Source: Amoebidium appalachense
Lineage: Eukaryota; Protista; Ichthyosporea
DNA length: 64,000 bases
Direction: 5' to 3'
Assembly: GCA_963693365.1 (NCBI GenBank)
Contig: CAVNZM010000005.1
Coordinates: forward strand, 3,182,202 to 3,246,201
Below are positions 1 through 29,606 of the stretch, piece by piece. The notes under the pieces were generated by a model, which ran no database searches, had not been told where the DNA came from, and was given only the letters and a program-made list of their open reading frames with translations. A program made the position numbers and the translations under genes. Position 1 is the first letter of the stretch. Each line of letters opens with the position of its first letter.

Positions 1-1651
1 AGATTTGCACAGTCAAGAATACAAACCCTCATCGGGAGTAGTAGAATGACATTGAACTACATAACACAGTCACAGCTGAGAGAGTGTGCGGGCCAGGGGC
101 GGCAGCTGCCCTCCAGGGGGGGGGGGGGGGGGGGGGGATTGGGGAGGGGGGTTTGAATTTAATCCAATATAGAAAAATTGCTATCTGCCAGGAGCCCATC
201 GCGAACTGACGCTAAAGTGCAATGGGCGAACGGTTCGTGTTAATTAATTATAGATATACCTGCCTGTGGGTGGAAGCAATTGTGTAATTGTCGCCTAAGT
301 GGATGCGTGTGAGGTTTGAACGGCATGCCTGCTAGGAACGACACAGGCAACAGTACTTTTTGCCTGTGCATGAGTGTGAATGCGTATGATGGCATCTGCA
401 CCATAACAATTGTGTGTGTGCCCCATTATAACCGTGATTGCATCACATGCATTCAAACTGATGCTGAGGACGACGTTAGGTTTGAGAAGCAAATCAACTC
501 ACCTTATCTTCAGTGTTCCAAGGCTAGTCGTGTGTATACCGGCTTACTGATGGTTCCTCTTACACTTTTCGGTTCGATTGAATGGAGAAATGGACATGCA
601 GTTATTGAACACCACTTACAGATGGCATTGAGATCCCGTCACAATTTCACAGAATACATAGCACATCAAATTGGATATTTGATGTACAATGCGAACTATC
701 ATACCAACACAAAAAAAAATTATAGGCTCCCTGCTTGTTGTGTATGTGTGTTCCACTTGTTGTGGACACTATCAGCTGAACTGGGCTACTGTATATGTGC
801 GTCGAGGATTGTCAAGGGGATCGGGTTCAATCGCGATGATTAACAATAATGCCTACTGCTGGATTGCCCTCTGATACTAAAGCGGCATTAGTAGAGATGA
901 AAGGGCTGCTAGGAAATAAAAAGGGTAAAAATAATATTCTATAGAGATGTGCTTTCCCCCCCTTCTTCCCCGCGGAGGTCAAGCTTGCACATAGTCACCC
1001 CGAGCTTTGCTGTGGTTCAGCACTGCGCGGGCATGAGCTGCCGTGATAAAACAATGATAAATAGCTAAAAGTCTTATATGCTGTATATAAAAACTAATCG
1101 ATTGGCTCTGATACCTTTTTATATTTGTTCCAAACTCCGGTTCAGAGGCGGTGCTTCGTTTGGCAATCATCAAGCGGTGACTGCTTTTGCTGACGCACCA
1201 CGTACTGATTTGCTATACTATTTAGCAATTCAGTGTTACGTTTAACCACGGTCTAAATGGCAAAACTTAAAAGTTTTAAACTTTTAAACTCCTTAGCCAA
1301 TGAACCGGGTTTTGGGGGCAGCCTTTCCTCCAAAAAGCCGAGTTCGAACTTCAACTTTGAAGGTGTGCGCTGGTGTTTAGCCTACAACGCCTCCTCTATA
1401 TATAAGCATAGGAGGCCTTAGTAGCCTATAAGCAGTGTGTACCAGTCGAGAAAGGCTTGTGTGGCTGTGGTCGCCGATTCCGGCCATTTCGTACATGTGA
1501 TGGTTCAGAATTGGTCTGTAGGAAACTGACAACTACGCGTACGAGCTCGGGAGCTAAGGTGATAGGTTGGGAATACTGCATGCAATAAACATATTCGGTG
1601 CAAAACTCCACCGTTTCGAACACCCACGCTACAGACGTAGACCCCTCCTTC

Positions 1652-1716
<65 letters not shown>

Positions 1717-1955
1717 CCCCCCAACCCTCGCCCCCCACCCCTTCACCCCTACCCAACCTCACCCCACCTCCCCAAACCCACCAGCCAAATGGCACCCAAC
1801 TCTAGAAAGGTGCCCAACCGGCCTCCATCTCTAGAAGGGTGCCCAACCGGCCTTCACGAGTACTAATATGAGTATGTATAAACACACCCGCCGCCCAACT
1901 CCCTTTTGAGTCCGCCACCGGCCCCTCTCTTGGCCTGGTTCTAAACGCCTGACAA

Positions 1956-1994
<39 letters not shown>

Positions 1995-2423
1995 CCCCGC
2001 CAAACGGCATTACCTTTCGGAGATGGCATCAGCCACAACTTATAAGACCCCCCCCCCCCCCCCCTCCAAAAAAATAAAATAAATAAATAATAAAAATAAA
2101 AATAAATAAAAAAAAGGCTGCATGGCATGTTTCTGTCATGTTCAGGATGACCCCAGTGTTGCCGTTGTTGTTCTTGTTGTTGGTGGTGTTGGTGGTGGTG
2201 GTGGGCGGCGGCGGCGGCGGGGCGGGGGAGGGGGGGGGTGGGGGGATGGGGGGGGGTGGGGGGGGCTGCAGAGGGAAGGGGGGAAAAGTGGGGGAAGGGG
2301 GGGGGGGGGGGGGGGGGGGAGGGGGGAGGGGGCACACTTAAAAACACAGACACACACACATACACACATTCACACACACATACACACTACACACACACAC
2401 ACAAGCACATGCACGCACGTGCG

Positions 2424-2539
<116 letters not shown>

Positions 2540-2743
2540 GCAAACGCACAGATACTACGCACACGCCATGCACGCGCACACAAACACACTCATCACACGC
2601 GTGCAGACTCACACACTACCTCTCACCACGGTGACGCACACGTAGCTGTGCACACCGTGGTGCATGGTCTTTTGGGCGTGTTTGCCAAAAAGCCTCTGCA
2701 AGAGAATTTGATGATAGGTGCTCCATAATCGGATTGCCATGTG

Positions 2744-2847
<104 letters not shown>

Positions 2848-3652
2848 ACGCACGCTCGCGCGCGCGCGCGCGCGTGTGTGTAGGTGGGTGTGTTTGTGTG
2901 TGTCTGTGCGTGTGTGTGGGTGTGGGCTTTTTTTTTTGGCCGGGGGGGCTCGGGGAGGGGGGGGGGGGGGGGGGGGGGAGGGGAAGGGAAAAGGGGGAGG
3001 GTGAAGACAAGTGTTTGACACGAACATGGTTGTGAACCAGCCCGGCTGCCTTCCACAGTCGTATGCGGCAGACATTTATTACGAGTACAGTGGATAGGTT
3101 CTGTGTTGGAAAACATTATCGTGAGCCACCGAGCCAACCCCTAGCAGTCATAATATAAATACCAAGCCCTTTTTTTTTTTTTTACGAATTTAATTTTATC
3201 TGATGGCACGTTTTGTTCATGCATCTGGCCACAAACCCACAAACGTCATGCAAGTGAATGCCCGGGAAAACAATGGCATCAGGGTACCGCTTTCTGTTTC
3301 CTCGGCGAGCAGATAGTATGCTCTGTTTACATAGTTGAATGTTTATGCTAAACGAGAATTGTTACTTACAGAGTTCAAGCTTGCATATCAAGTTTTCAGT
3401 AGTGTACGGGTAGAGGAAGTCAAATTCATAGTCACTGTTACTCTTTATCATTCACTCGGATAATATAGCGCATTATTTCGCTCGATCATCTAATAGCGAT
3501 TCGACTTCATATTTACAGCAAATCAATACGGTTTTGATTTCGTTTTTTGACTTCGTAAATATGCTGTAACGTGGCAGTGCATAGAGGTCACCGTGTACAA
3601 TATGTATTTTTCACACCAGATGAAATGTTTGTTTGTTTTTTGGTCAACCTGC

Positions 3653-4498
3653 TCACTGCCTTTTTCTCAGAGTCTTTTGACTCCGGCCACCCTGTCTGGC
3701 CACCTCCATCTGCATACTCCTTGCTGCATACACATTCCTCCTCCGTGCATTCACCGCCTCCCTCCTCAGTGAGTGTGCATACCTCAACCCGTGCTTGTTG
3801 CACAGGGTGGCCTCTCCCAACGGGCCCTTACGCCAATGGGTTTCTTCCTTCCCTGTTACGAAACAATCTTCCCACATGCACACACGCAGGTTGACTGGGA
3901 GCGCTTGTGCCGCAGGAAAGGTTGCCATGTTCGCTGAAGGCATGTTCACTCTGAAGAATGTCGCGTGGGTTGGTTGGGAGAGAAGCATTGGCGGCTGAAG
4001 GCATGGAAGGAGAGGGAGGGTAAACTCTGCCTGGGTTGAGGCAAATTGCACTGGGGGATCAATGCAGAAGTCCACCCCACCTAGGCCAACGCAATTGATA
4101 TCCTGCGTGTTGGGCTGCTTGGTAGGCAGTTCGAAGTGCGAAAGGTACCCATCGAGGGGAGGCAGCCCGACGGAAGAAATATCGCCTTGTGGCTGAAGAG
4201 GAGGAAGGGACTCTGTTGCTTCAGCAAGGAATTCGATAAAAAATTCGTTGTCTGCAGCAGTCAACTGGGGTAGTGGGCCCATGGATGGAGCGAACACGGG
4301 GTTCGATGGAACTTCGAGCTCAAGTGGGCTGTTTGTCTCAAAGGACGTTGGGTTTTCTAATGGCAAGTAGCCAGAATAGAATGGTGTATTGGATGTTGTG
4401 TTTTTGGCATGGTTGCAATTGACTGTGACCACGGGGTGAATGAGTGTGGGCGGTTCATAAAACACTCCCCATTGGCAAGTGGGGTGTGAGCGCTCCAT
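3653..4498 (-). CDS. GATA-type zinc-finger transcription factor, single C-terminal finger (variant C-x4-C-x20-C-x2-H), intronless, 281 aa
   Basis: Non-repetitive ORF containing CMWEDC-FVTGKEETHWRKGPLGEATL-CNKHGLRY, matching the GATA signature WRxGPxG..LCNxCGL, followed by a basic tail; acidic/Pro-rich N-terminus. Confidence 0.85.
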   Translation of the reverse strand: MERSHPTCQWGVFYEPPTLIHPVVTVNCNHAKNTTSNTPFYSGYLPLENPTSFETNSPLELEVPSNPVFAPSMGPLPQLTAADNEFFIEFLAEATESLPPLQPQGDISSVGLPPLDGYLSHFELPTKQPNTQDINCVGLGGVDFCIDPPVQFASTQAEFTLPLLPCLQPPMLLSQPTHATFFRVNMPSANMATFPAAQALPVNLRVCMWEDCFVTGKEETHWRKGPLGEATLCNKHGLRYAHSLRREAVNARRRNVYAARSMQMEVARQGGRSQKTLRKRQ

Positions 4499-6033
4499 TA
4501 TAATGGCAAGGGTTGAAAAAAGTTACAAGTGGGGTATGTTGCTTTATTATTGTTCTGTTTCTTTATTATTTGGGGTGGAATTTATTAAAGTATGCACTAT
4601 CACACTCTGAGGTGGCCCTTCTCACATATGGTATCTATGTATACCATACAAGTTACAGCAATCCAACGTGTGCCAGAGCAGCTTGTCAGAGCAAAGTTCA
4701 ACTATTCTGTGCATATGCATATGGGTGAAGCAAATTGTGCTGCAGGGGGATCTGATCGGTTCTTCAATGCCTTGCGGACCGTCTGCAGCTGGGGTTGAAG
4801 ACGTAAGAAGGAAGTGAGAATTCAAAGCAAGTACGTATAGTGTACAGATAGCTTCGATGCATAGAACGAGCGGGCTTGAGCTGGATGGATGGCGTTGGTC
4901 CCACGTCCTGCCTAAGTGAATAGGTGGTCGGGTTCGAGTGAAATGCGGCAGCCATTGCGGTATTTATGCCTTCGGCGTTTAGCAAAAGGCGTGTTTCGAT
5001 TGGAGACATCTGACTATGACAGACAAGTCCCCCACTGCCGGCCCCAGGCAACATGCATATGTACATGTATTTGTTCCTTGATTCAGAATTCTTTCAATGA
5101 ACACAATAATGGTAATACGTAGCGTGCACATATTTCAAGATGTATTTAAGTAGCTGCGATACTTATTTAGCCTACCGGCCAATCATTCCGCGGCGCGGCA
5201 GGGGCCGGTGATGTCACTGATGTGACCAAATGTTACGTAATATCTTGTAGCCACTCAGAGCGCATCGCTGCTTACTATATTTGGTGTCGTCATCCCACAG
5301 ATTCCAATCGTCATCCCACATGTCTCAGCCACTGACTGAGGATGGTTACACACAAAGTCTCGAAGGTGGAAGTTGAAGCCTTGCCACCCTTGCGGCCTCT
5401 ACCGGAAGATAAGGAGGCCTCGGTCCGACCCCCGCGCGCATTCCGCGTGCACGTGCTTGGCCAGGCTCCACCATCAGTTCTATACAGGAAAACGCAAGTA
5501 GACTCCGAGCTGGGTGCATCGATTGGGCGTGGCCCCGAGCCATGCAAAGGTAAAAAATCAGCCAGCGGTCAGCTAATAATAATCAACCAGCCACAGAGGG
5601 GCCCGAATGCCGAAGGAGTACGGCAGGGCAGCCGGGTACCAAAAAATAAGAAGATCGATACTGGTACCTGAGTTTCAAAGCGAAAGGGAGGGAGGCCGGG
5701 GTGGGTGGGCGGGTGGGGGGGTGGGTGGGTGGTGGGGGGAGGGGGGAATAGACCCACGGGGTAATGGCGGTAGAGGGCGGGTGGTGGTGGTGGGGGGAGG
5801 GGGGGGGGGGGGGGGAGGGGGAGGGGGAAAGGAGGGGGGGGGGGGGGGGGGGGGGAGGGGTCGAACCCGTGTTCATGTTTTATTCAGAACACCAATATTT
5901 TTTCGGATTGTCGGAAGGGGGAGAAGGAGGTCGCCCAACCGCATGAGCAGGCTAAACTTGCTCCTAGGGGGGATCTGGAGGGGGAGGGGGAGGGGGAGGG
6001 GGAGGGGAACGAGGTGGTGGGGGTTTACCGATG

Positions 6034-6067
<34 letters not shown>

Positions 6068-6097
6068 CCTCACCCCTACGCCCCTACCCCCTCCCCC

Positions 6098-6135
<38 letters not shown>

Positions 6136-6279
6136 CTCCAGCCCCCCACCCACCCCACCCGCCACCCACTTGCACCACCTTTTATTGCATGTATGATCAA
6201 GGGTTCTACCCCCCTCCTTCCCCCCCCTCCCCCCCCCTCCCCCCCCTCCCCTCCCCCCCTCCCCCCCCCCCCCCCCTCC

Positions 6280-6680
6280 AGGGCCTAACCACATCGGCTG
6301 AGTCAACTTGCTCCGAGCAGAATTATTCTGCAAAAAGCAGAATTATTCTGCAAAAGTAGGATCAGTCAATATGCAAAGGCAGAATCAATCTGCTAAAGGC
6401 AGAATCAATCTGCTAAAAGCAGAATTATTCTGCTGCGAATAACTCTGCTTCTAGCATAATCGTTGCGGAATGATTCTGCTAATTTTAAAAGCAGAATAAT
6501 CCTGCTAAAAGCAGAGGGATCCTGCTTTTGCGGAATAATTCTGCTAAAAACAGAGTGATTCTGCCTTTGCAGTATAATTCTACTTTTTGCAGAATAATTC
6601 TGCTTTTTGCAGAATAATTCTGCTTTTTACAGAATAATTCTGATTTTTGCAAATTGACTCTGCCGATGTGGTTGGGGCCT
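6280..6680. mobile_element. Non-autonomous foldback/MITE-like DNA element with ~32-bp TIRs and internal ~20-bp palindromic subrepeats
   Basis: Left end AGGGCCTAACCACATCGGCTGAGTCAACTTGC; reverse complement of the right end AGGCCCCAACCACATCGGCAGAGTCAATTTGC. Interior is GCAGAATTATTCTGC-A(n) units switching to T(n)-GCAGAATAATTCTGC units. CCCTCC lies on both flanks (possible TSD, low complexity). Confidence 0.75.
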
Positions 6681-6785
6681 CCCTCCCTGGGCTCCTGGGG
6701 CTGGACCAGGAACTTCCGTTTAACAACTCTCTCTCCCCCCCCCCTCACCCCCCCCCCCCCCCCAGAAAAAACACGGGCCCTCTCC

Positions 6786-6898
<113 letters not shown>

Positions 6899-6986
6899 TC
6901 TCTCTCCCCCCCTCTCTCTCCCCCCCCCTCTCTCTCGCTCTCTCTCTCTCTCTCTTCCCCTCTCTCCATCTCTCCCCCCCAACCCC

Positions 6987-7018
<32 letters not shown>

Positions 7019-7449
7019 CCCCCCCCCCCCTCTCTCTCTAGGCCCCCCCAACACCCCCACAGCACCCCCCCCCCCCCCCCCCAAAAAAAAAAAAAAAGAA
7101 AAAAGAAAAAAAACTAACACCATATCCTCCATGCTAAACATGTTTGTGTGTGTGCGTGCGTGCGCGCCTGCCTGCCTGCCTGCCTGCCTGTGTGTGTGCT
7201 GTGCGTGCGTGCGTGCGTGCTTGCGTGCGTGCGTGCTTGTGTGCGTGTGTGCGTGCGTGCATGGCGTGCGTGCGTGTGTAGTTGTGTGTGTGCGTGTGTG
7301 CGTGTGTGCGTGCGTGTGTGCGTGTGTGCGTGGCGTGCGTGTGTGCGTGCGTGTGTGCGTCGTTGCATGCGTGCATGCGTGGGTGCGTGCGTGACGGTGC
7401 GTGCATGCAAGCGTGCGTGCGTGTGCGTGCGTGCGTGTGTGTGTGTGTC

Positions 7450-7562
<113 letters not shown>

Positions 7563-10153
7563 TGTGTGTGTGTTTGTGTGTCTCCGCGCGTGCGCGCGCG
7601 TGTGTGTGGGTGTGTGTGGGTGGGTGTTTTCTCAGTGCTGTTGCTAATGTATCGTGCAGTGGTGGTGCCAGGAGCTAAGTGGCCGACATGGAGTTCAGTG
7701 CCTTGCATTTCCCCAATGCACACTTGCTGTGATAATGGGGCTGAGGGAGGTGGCCCAGTGCGGGAATACCTGAGTTGCCAATTAGGCGGAAAGGGAAGGG
7801 TGGAAGGGCGGGAGGGGGAAGGGAAGGAGGATAATATGTTGGATACGCAGGGGGGAAGGGGGGGGGGGGGGGGGGGGAGCGGGCAGGGATGTGGGGAGAG
7901 GGAGGGAGAGGAGGGCACACTAATGCTTATGTACCATGGTGACGAGTGCACTTGAGCAACAATATTGTTTCAATCTCATTGTGACACTATAGGCGTTGGG
8001 AGCTTAAATCCGGGAGGGGGGGCAGGGGGGGGGGGGGGGGGGAGGGGGGGGAGGGGGGGGAGGGGGGGGGGGGGAAGGGGTTGCCAGTAGTGTGAAGCCA
8101 GAATTTTTCAGACCGTAAGGGAACCCTGTTGAACACTTGCCCATTAGGCGGAGGAGAGAGAGGGGGAAGGAGAGAATGAAGAGCAGTGGAGAGGAGGAAG
8201 GGGTTGGGGGGAGGGAAGGGGGGCACACTAAGATTTATGTCACGTGAATGAGGGAGCAACGAGCTAATCTTAATCATAAATGTAAGAGACCTAAACAAAT
8301 CACGAGATAGGGAAGAGTGACTAACCGGGGAGGAAGAGGGGGCAGGGGGAGAGGTGGGGGAGGGGGTGGGGGGAGGGGGGGGGGGGAGGGAGAGAGAGAA
8401 AGAGAGAGGGATATTGCCCGTTTTGTGAAGCCGCAGATATTTTTTCGACGGTAATGGATATATGGGATATATGGGCTAAGGTTGTGCTAGCAAATTCTTC
8501 ATCGGATTGAGTGAATGTTCATACTGCTGCATGAGGCTAGAAAACACCCTCATATAATGTATCTCAGTACACAGTCATGGCCGCCGGTGCGATGGGTCTG
8601 TCACCCCCCCCCCCCCCCTCCCCCCCCCCTCCCCCCCCCCCTCCCCCCCCCCCCCCCCCTGCACCTCCCCCCCTAGATCCCCATATTCCCACCTAATTAT
8701 AAACCAAGAATTCGAAACGTTCCCGAATTTCTACTTAAAGCTCCCAATGTTGATAGAATACCAGTTTCTTGCGGGTACCTGCCATTATCAAATCTACTTC
8801 TTGAATCTGTTTGTTCTGCAGGCATACAGCTGAGCTAAGCTGCTGGGCCAGCAACAAAAACGACTTTGTCAACACACTGTCTCTCTGCGAACTTTCCCTC
8901 ACGGTTAGTTAGTTTCACGGCCCTCTGAACCCACACACGTGCACGCTTAGCTTCTTGGAACCTTACATAGCATATTATTATACAATTGGTTATCAAACTT
9001 GTAACTTGTAAAAAATGTTGTGATGTTGCCTGATATTCCTTTTATTGCCCCAGTTAGCAACACTGAGACTTTCAGCCACTCGAGCTCCACTGCAGTACAG
9101 CTGGCACTTGGCAGGCCGCAGCTGATCAGCTGACTGGCTCAGATTCTCAGATTCAGAATGCTCATTTTGGGCTTCCTCGGACTCCTATTGGTTCGTATTT
9201 CCCGCCAAGCCGTTGATGGCAACAAGATAAACCTAATATGGTTGTTTGTTTGTCAATGTATTACGAACCCTGTTATTCACAGGCTAAAAAACAACAAAAA
9301 CACTCGCCCCTTGTCAGAGGAACTGGGGAGAGCAACCAAGTATTAGGAATTCTGGCTTCACGACTCAACGGTTCCATTAGTTAAGTTAATGTTGTTGATG
9401 TCCTTTGTTCAGACTGCTTATTTTACCAAAACAGGCTCTACTAGCTGTCTTTTATAAGTAACCAGTAGCTGGACACGGGCTTTTTCATCTGGTGAACCAG
9501 CAGTTTGACCATACATACAACCACCACACGCTTTTTTCCCAGCCTCAGTGGATCATAGTCCACTTCCCACCGTGTTGATCTTCCTTAGGTTAGAGTGAAG
9601 TCTGCATTTGGAAGGCTGCTGAAAAGGGTAAGAGCAGCGAGACTTGTAGGGGCTAGCACGTAGCAGGGATTTTAAAACATAAGCGAAAGGAAAACGGCTT
9701 TATTGCAATCCCTCATCCTCACGGTCCCGGGGCGCTTTCCGATGGTGCACGGTCACTGCAAAGCATGTATGTGTTCAAATATGATGAATTCACGTAAATT
9801 CTGCAGGCCCACTGCGTAACCCACGGGCGTTGCCCGGTATACACAAGCCCCTGCTCGTCCATGTACAAACACACGTCAGTGCACATCCGCAAATGCATTC
9901 GTCTGCACAGGTGCAGAAACACCCACAAACGTACTCACATCATGCGTGTGTACACGCACGTACGAACTCGTGTGTGCGCGCGCACACACACACACACACA
10001 AGTACACTCTCTCGTGAAATGCGCGTGCCCACGTGCACACGTGCGTTCACACAAACACACGACACAAATACACATACATTGACACAACCATGACCCCCCC
10101 CCCCCCCCCCCCCTTCTTTTTTCCCCACCTCTTTCCTTCCGTCGCCACCACAA

Positions 10154-10199
<46 letters not shown>

Positions 10200-10357
10200 A
10201 CACGCACACACACTCACTACCCTTGTTAGGAACGTGTGGCCAGCAGTTTGAATCCACGATACATGTCTCCCCTTTTCCCCTCCCTTTTTGCACTTCAATT
10301 CCTCTTGCTAACCGTGCACCCCAATAACACTCGCGTCTCTTTGCACCATCCAGGAAC

Positions 10358-26123
<15,766 letters not shown>

Positions 26124-26955
26124 GGTTTGCGCACATAATAACATTTTATGCAGAAACCTGTTGGTTCCTCGACCATTGTCAAAGTTTCTAGACATCTTGT
26201 GGTGGCATGCAATACCTACCATTCCACACGCTTTGCAATACGACATTGTGTTTAGGGATTATTGTACTCATTGCGCCTCACAGATAAAGGTGAAGTGGAT
26301 AGCAAGTAAGATACCTAGATAGATGTAAGATTTGTACCGATGAATGTTTGAATGTGGTTGCCAATAACGAATATTATCATAAGTGAAATAGCCAGTTATG
26401 GTGTGTGTAGCGGATAGGCTGGTGTTCAGTGCTTTTGTAACTGTTATAAATCTGTCATAAATATTAGCCAAACCACTCTAGCAATAGAACTGGGAGATAA
26501 TTGTAGGTGCTCCCAACTGAAAATCATGTCGTCCTAAGCTTTCGTCCTACAAATATGTTGTGCTCTCTCTTTTTTTTTCCCCCTTTCTTTTTTGGCAGTG
26601 GGCAGGGGCCATGGCTGGATTGGATTTTATATGCCTTTTTGTTTTATCTTTATGAATTTATTTTGGGACCAGACGGTTAACTCAGAGGGTCAGACGATAT
26701 AAGTAGTCAAAATGTAAATGATGCTGTGTGCATGCATTTGGACTGATTGCATCTATTGTGCCGCTGGATCGGCACACTCTAAAGCCCGGTAGTGACTGGG
26801 TAATCGTAAATGTATTTGACGGACCGGGCCGGCTGCCCACCATTGTCAATGGGGTGCATGTGTTTCAAGATTGGCCTGCTTGGTAGCCTTCTCTCTCTCC
26901 CTCTCTCCCCTCCCCCCAGGCCTCCGTCTCCTCTCTCGCTCCCTCGCTCCCTCTC

Positions 26956-27003
<48 letters not shown>

Positions 27004-27029
27004 GTCTCTCTCTCTCTCTCTCTCTTTCT

Positions 27030-27091
<62 letters not shown>

Positions 27092-28302
27092 CCTCTGTCC
27101 CTCTCTCTCTCTCTCTCTCTCTCTCTCCCCCCCCCCCGCCTCTTTCTCTCTCTCTCTCTCTCCCTCTCTCTCCCCCTCCCTCCCTCCCTCCCCCTCTCTC
27201 CCTCTCCCTATCTCTCCCTCTCTCTTCCCCTCCCCGCCTCCCCTCTCTCTGGCTACCTGCACGTGCACACTTCCAATTGTTGACAAGTTGTTGAACACAA
27301 GAACGAATAAACTATGATGAACTAATGCTGCATTCATGCGATATACTATCTGTGGTCGCCAGAAGCCCAGAAGAGGCATGTGCATGTCTTCCGCACCTGT
27401 GTTTCTAATTTGCGGACGGCTGCAGAACCCCAAAGTATTCGGAAGTTGAATGCATACTTGCCCCGGCACTCAGGCAGTCGAACACTTTCGAGCTTGGGTG
27501 TGTGTGCCACGGGCACAATGGTACAACAATTAGTGCCACCACGCAAATAACAATGCAGATCTCATTGTTCATGCCAAAACACTCCCTGCAGCTGCTATTA
27601 AATATTTTAGGAAGAATCTTGTTGTGTGTCATCAAAAAACATGTATAGGCCTACTGTTGACTCGATTTCGCCAGCTTTCGCCATCGTCACCATCCCGGCG
27701 CCCGATGTGATATCCCGATTCCCGAACTTTCAACTGGTATGCACACTGGTCATCTGTCAAAGCCAATCATAACACACCTTGGCACATTTGCCCTCCTTAA
27801 ATGCCTTAAAAAGTGATGACGAGTCACATGACAAACCAATCATAATTCTCGAGCCCCCTGTTATCACATTCCACAATAATCCGCCGATCTGAGATTGTGA
27901 TGACGGCGCCATATGCATCCAGGCTGCCGGCGGCGCTTTCAGACCGGTCACCTTTCACCTCCTTTCACCATCCCAAGAAGTTCCAAGTAGACAGGTCAAA
28001 ATTACGTTTCAAGCTCAAAAACACTAAGGAAATACCTAAAGGTTTACAAAACTACTGAAAGCTTCACATCTCAAATCACGGAAGCCATATATAGAAGCAA
28101 AGCCTATTTCACCATCACTGACAATTTTTTCCCCATCTGGCCCAACATCATTCCTAACGGTTTTTGAAGAAGCTTCCCCGAACAAGTGAACCACACGATA
28201 AGTTTCAAACACCTGTCAGGACCCATTTGTCGCATTACCTACTCTGAGCATACAAAAGGGAACCTTAAAAAAAACACAAATATTTTTCTCGTGACATTGG
28301 CC

Positions 28303-29562
28303 ATGGAATCTTTTCTTTTACCCTGTGCCCTGCTTGCCTTGCAGGCCGTTGTAGTGACAGCCCAGGAACCCACCCCCACAGGAAATACCGAAGGGTAGGT
28401 TTTGGCACACCTTTCGCACAACTTTGTAGTGGTTTGGGCGGGTTTTCTTGGGTGATGAAGTTGCACACACGTGCTAGATGTTCGCACTGATAGTGGGATT
28501 TTTTTGCACCATGTCTCCATTGCATGCTTAATCTATCATAATGCACGGTGCGGGTGTGTTCCTATGTGCGCCTGTGGCCGCATACTACGTACAACGTGAA
28601 CAAATGTTCGTGTGTGTGCACTGGTGCCCGTATCATACATACAGCGTATTTTTCACGTGCACGTGTGTATGTTATCACTTCTTGCAATGATCATCTCTTG
28701 GGTTTTCGTTCTCACTCCTACATACTGATGCTTTTAAATACTCCCTTCCCACGCAGAGAGAGCAACAACCACAAGCTCATATTCATCGTTACCTTCTCTG
28801 TGCTTGGTGGCTGTGCGGTGTTAGGAACATTGGCCATACTTTTCTGGAAGCTCTGCTGGCGGCATAAAGCAAAAACCAATTTCAGAACATGTGGTGACAT
28901 CAACGTAACAAGGAAAAGAAACAAAAAGAACGTGGAGTCAGGGCTGCCTCCGACAGGCAAGAGTGTAAAAGTTGTGGCGCACGTGCCAAAAACAAAGGAG
29001 CAGTTTCTTGGTGTCACCATTAACAGCAATGATAACCGCAACAGTGGAATAACGGACTTTGCAAAAACACTGGACGCCACATACAGTACCTGACGAGGGT
29101 AATAACCACCCTCCCCCCTCCCCCCCTCCCCCCGCGCGAAACTTTGAAATATAAGAAAAATTAAGGTGTGGAAAACTAGGTCCCCTCCGTACTGCTCAAA
29201 AACAAATCGTTGTGCACATGGCAACAGGCACAAGGGCATGCACAAATACGCATGCAGGCCCATGTGCACACACGAACACATGCAGCCAAACACTACATGT
29301 CAGGGTGGTCCTGCACTTTTTCGCTTTCTCCCTCTGTGTTTGTTTTTATATATTTCTCCGACTACGTCCCCCCCCCCCCCCTCCCCCCCCCCCCCCCCCC
29401 TTCCCCCTCCCCCTCCTCTAGAGCTATATATCCTTCTCCCCTATCCTTTGGAGTGTTTTTCTAATTCCAACTGATCCTCTGTCCCGCCTGGTCCCATGTG
29501 AAGGTGCCGCGGTCTATTCGCCCGTAGGAGCGAGATTTATTGGCTGTTGGGCTTTTGCCATC

Positions 29563-29606
<44 letters not shown>

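Noticed and set aside
316-843. 175-aa ORF; likewise 5342-5671, 41819-42100 and 49326-49660
   Set aside because: No recognisable domain and no supported exon chain; left unannotated.
7630-9800. Possible multi-exon minus-strand gene divergent from CorA, with some GC-type donor candidates
   Set aside because: Splice-like signals exist but I could not assemble a stop-free frame or recognise a protein.
29091-29093. Genome-wide TGA reassignment or selenocysteine
   Set aside because: TGA ends the GATA, ZIP and lipase genes at expected positions; no SECIS or redox motif seen.
29427-29436. ATATCCTT as a U12-type donor
   Set aside because: Lies mid-intron after poly-C with no adjoining exon or U12 branch/AC acceptor.
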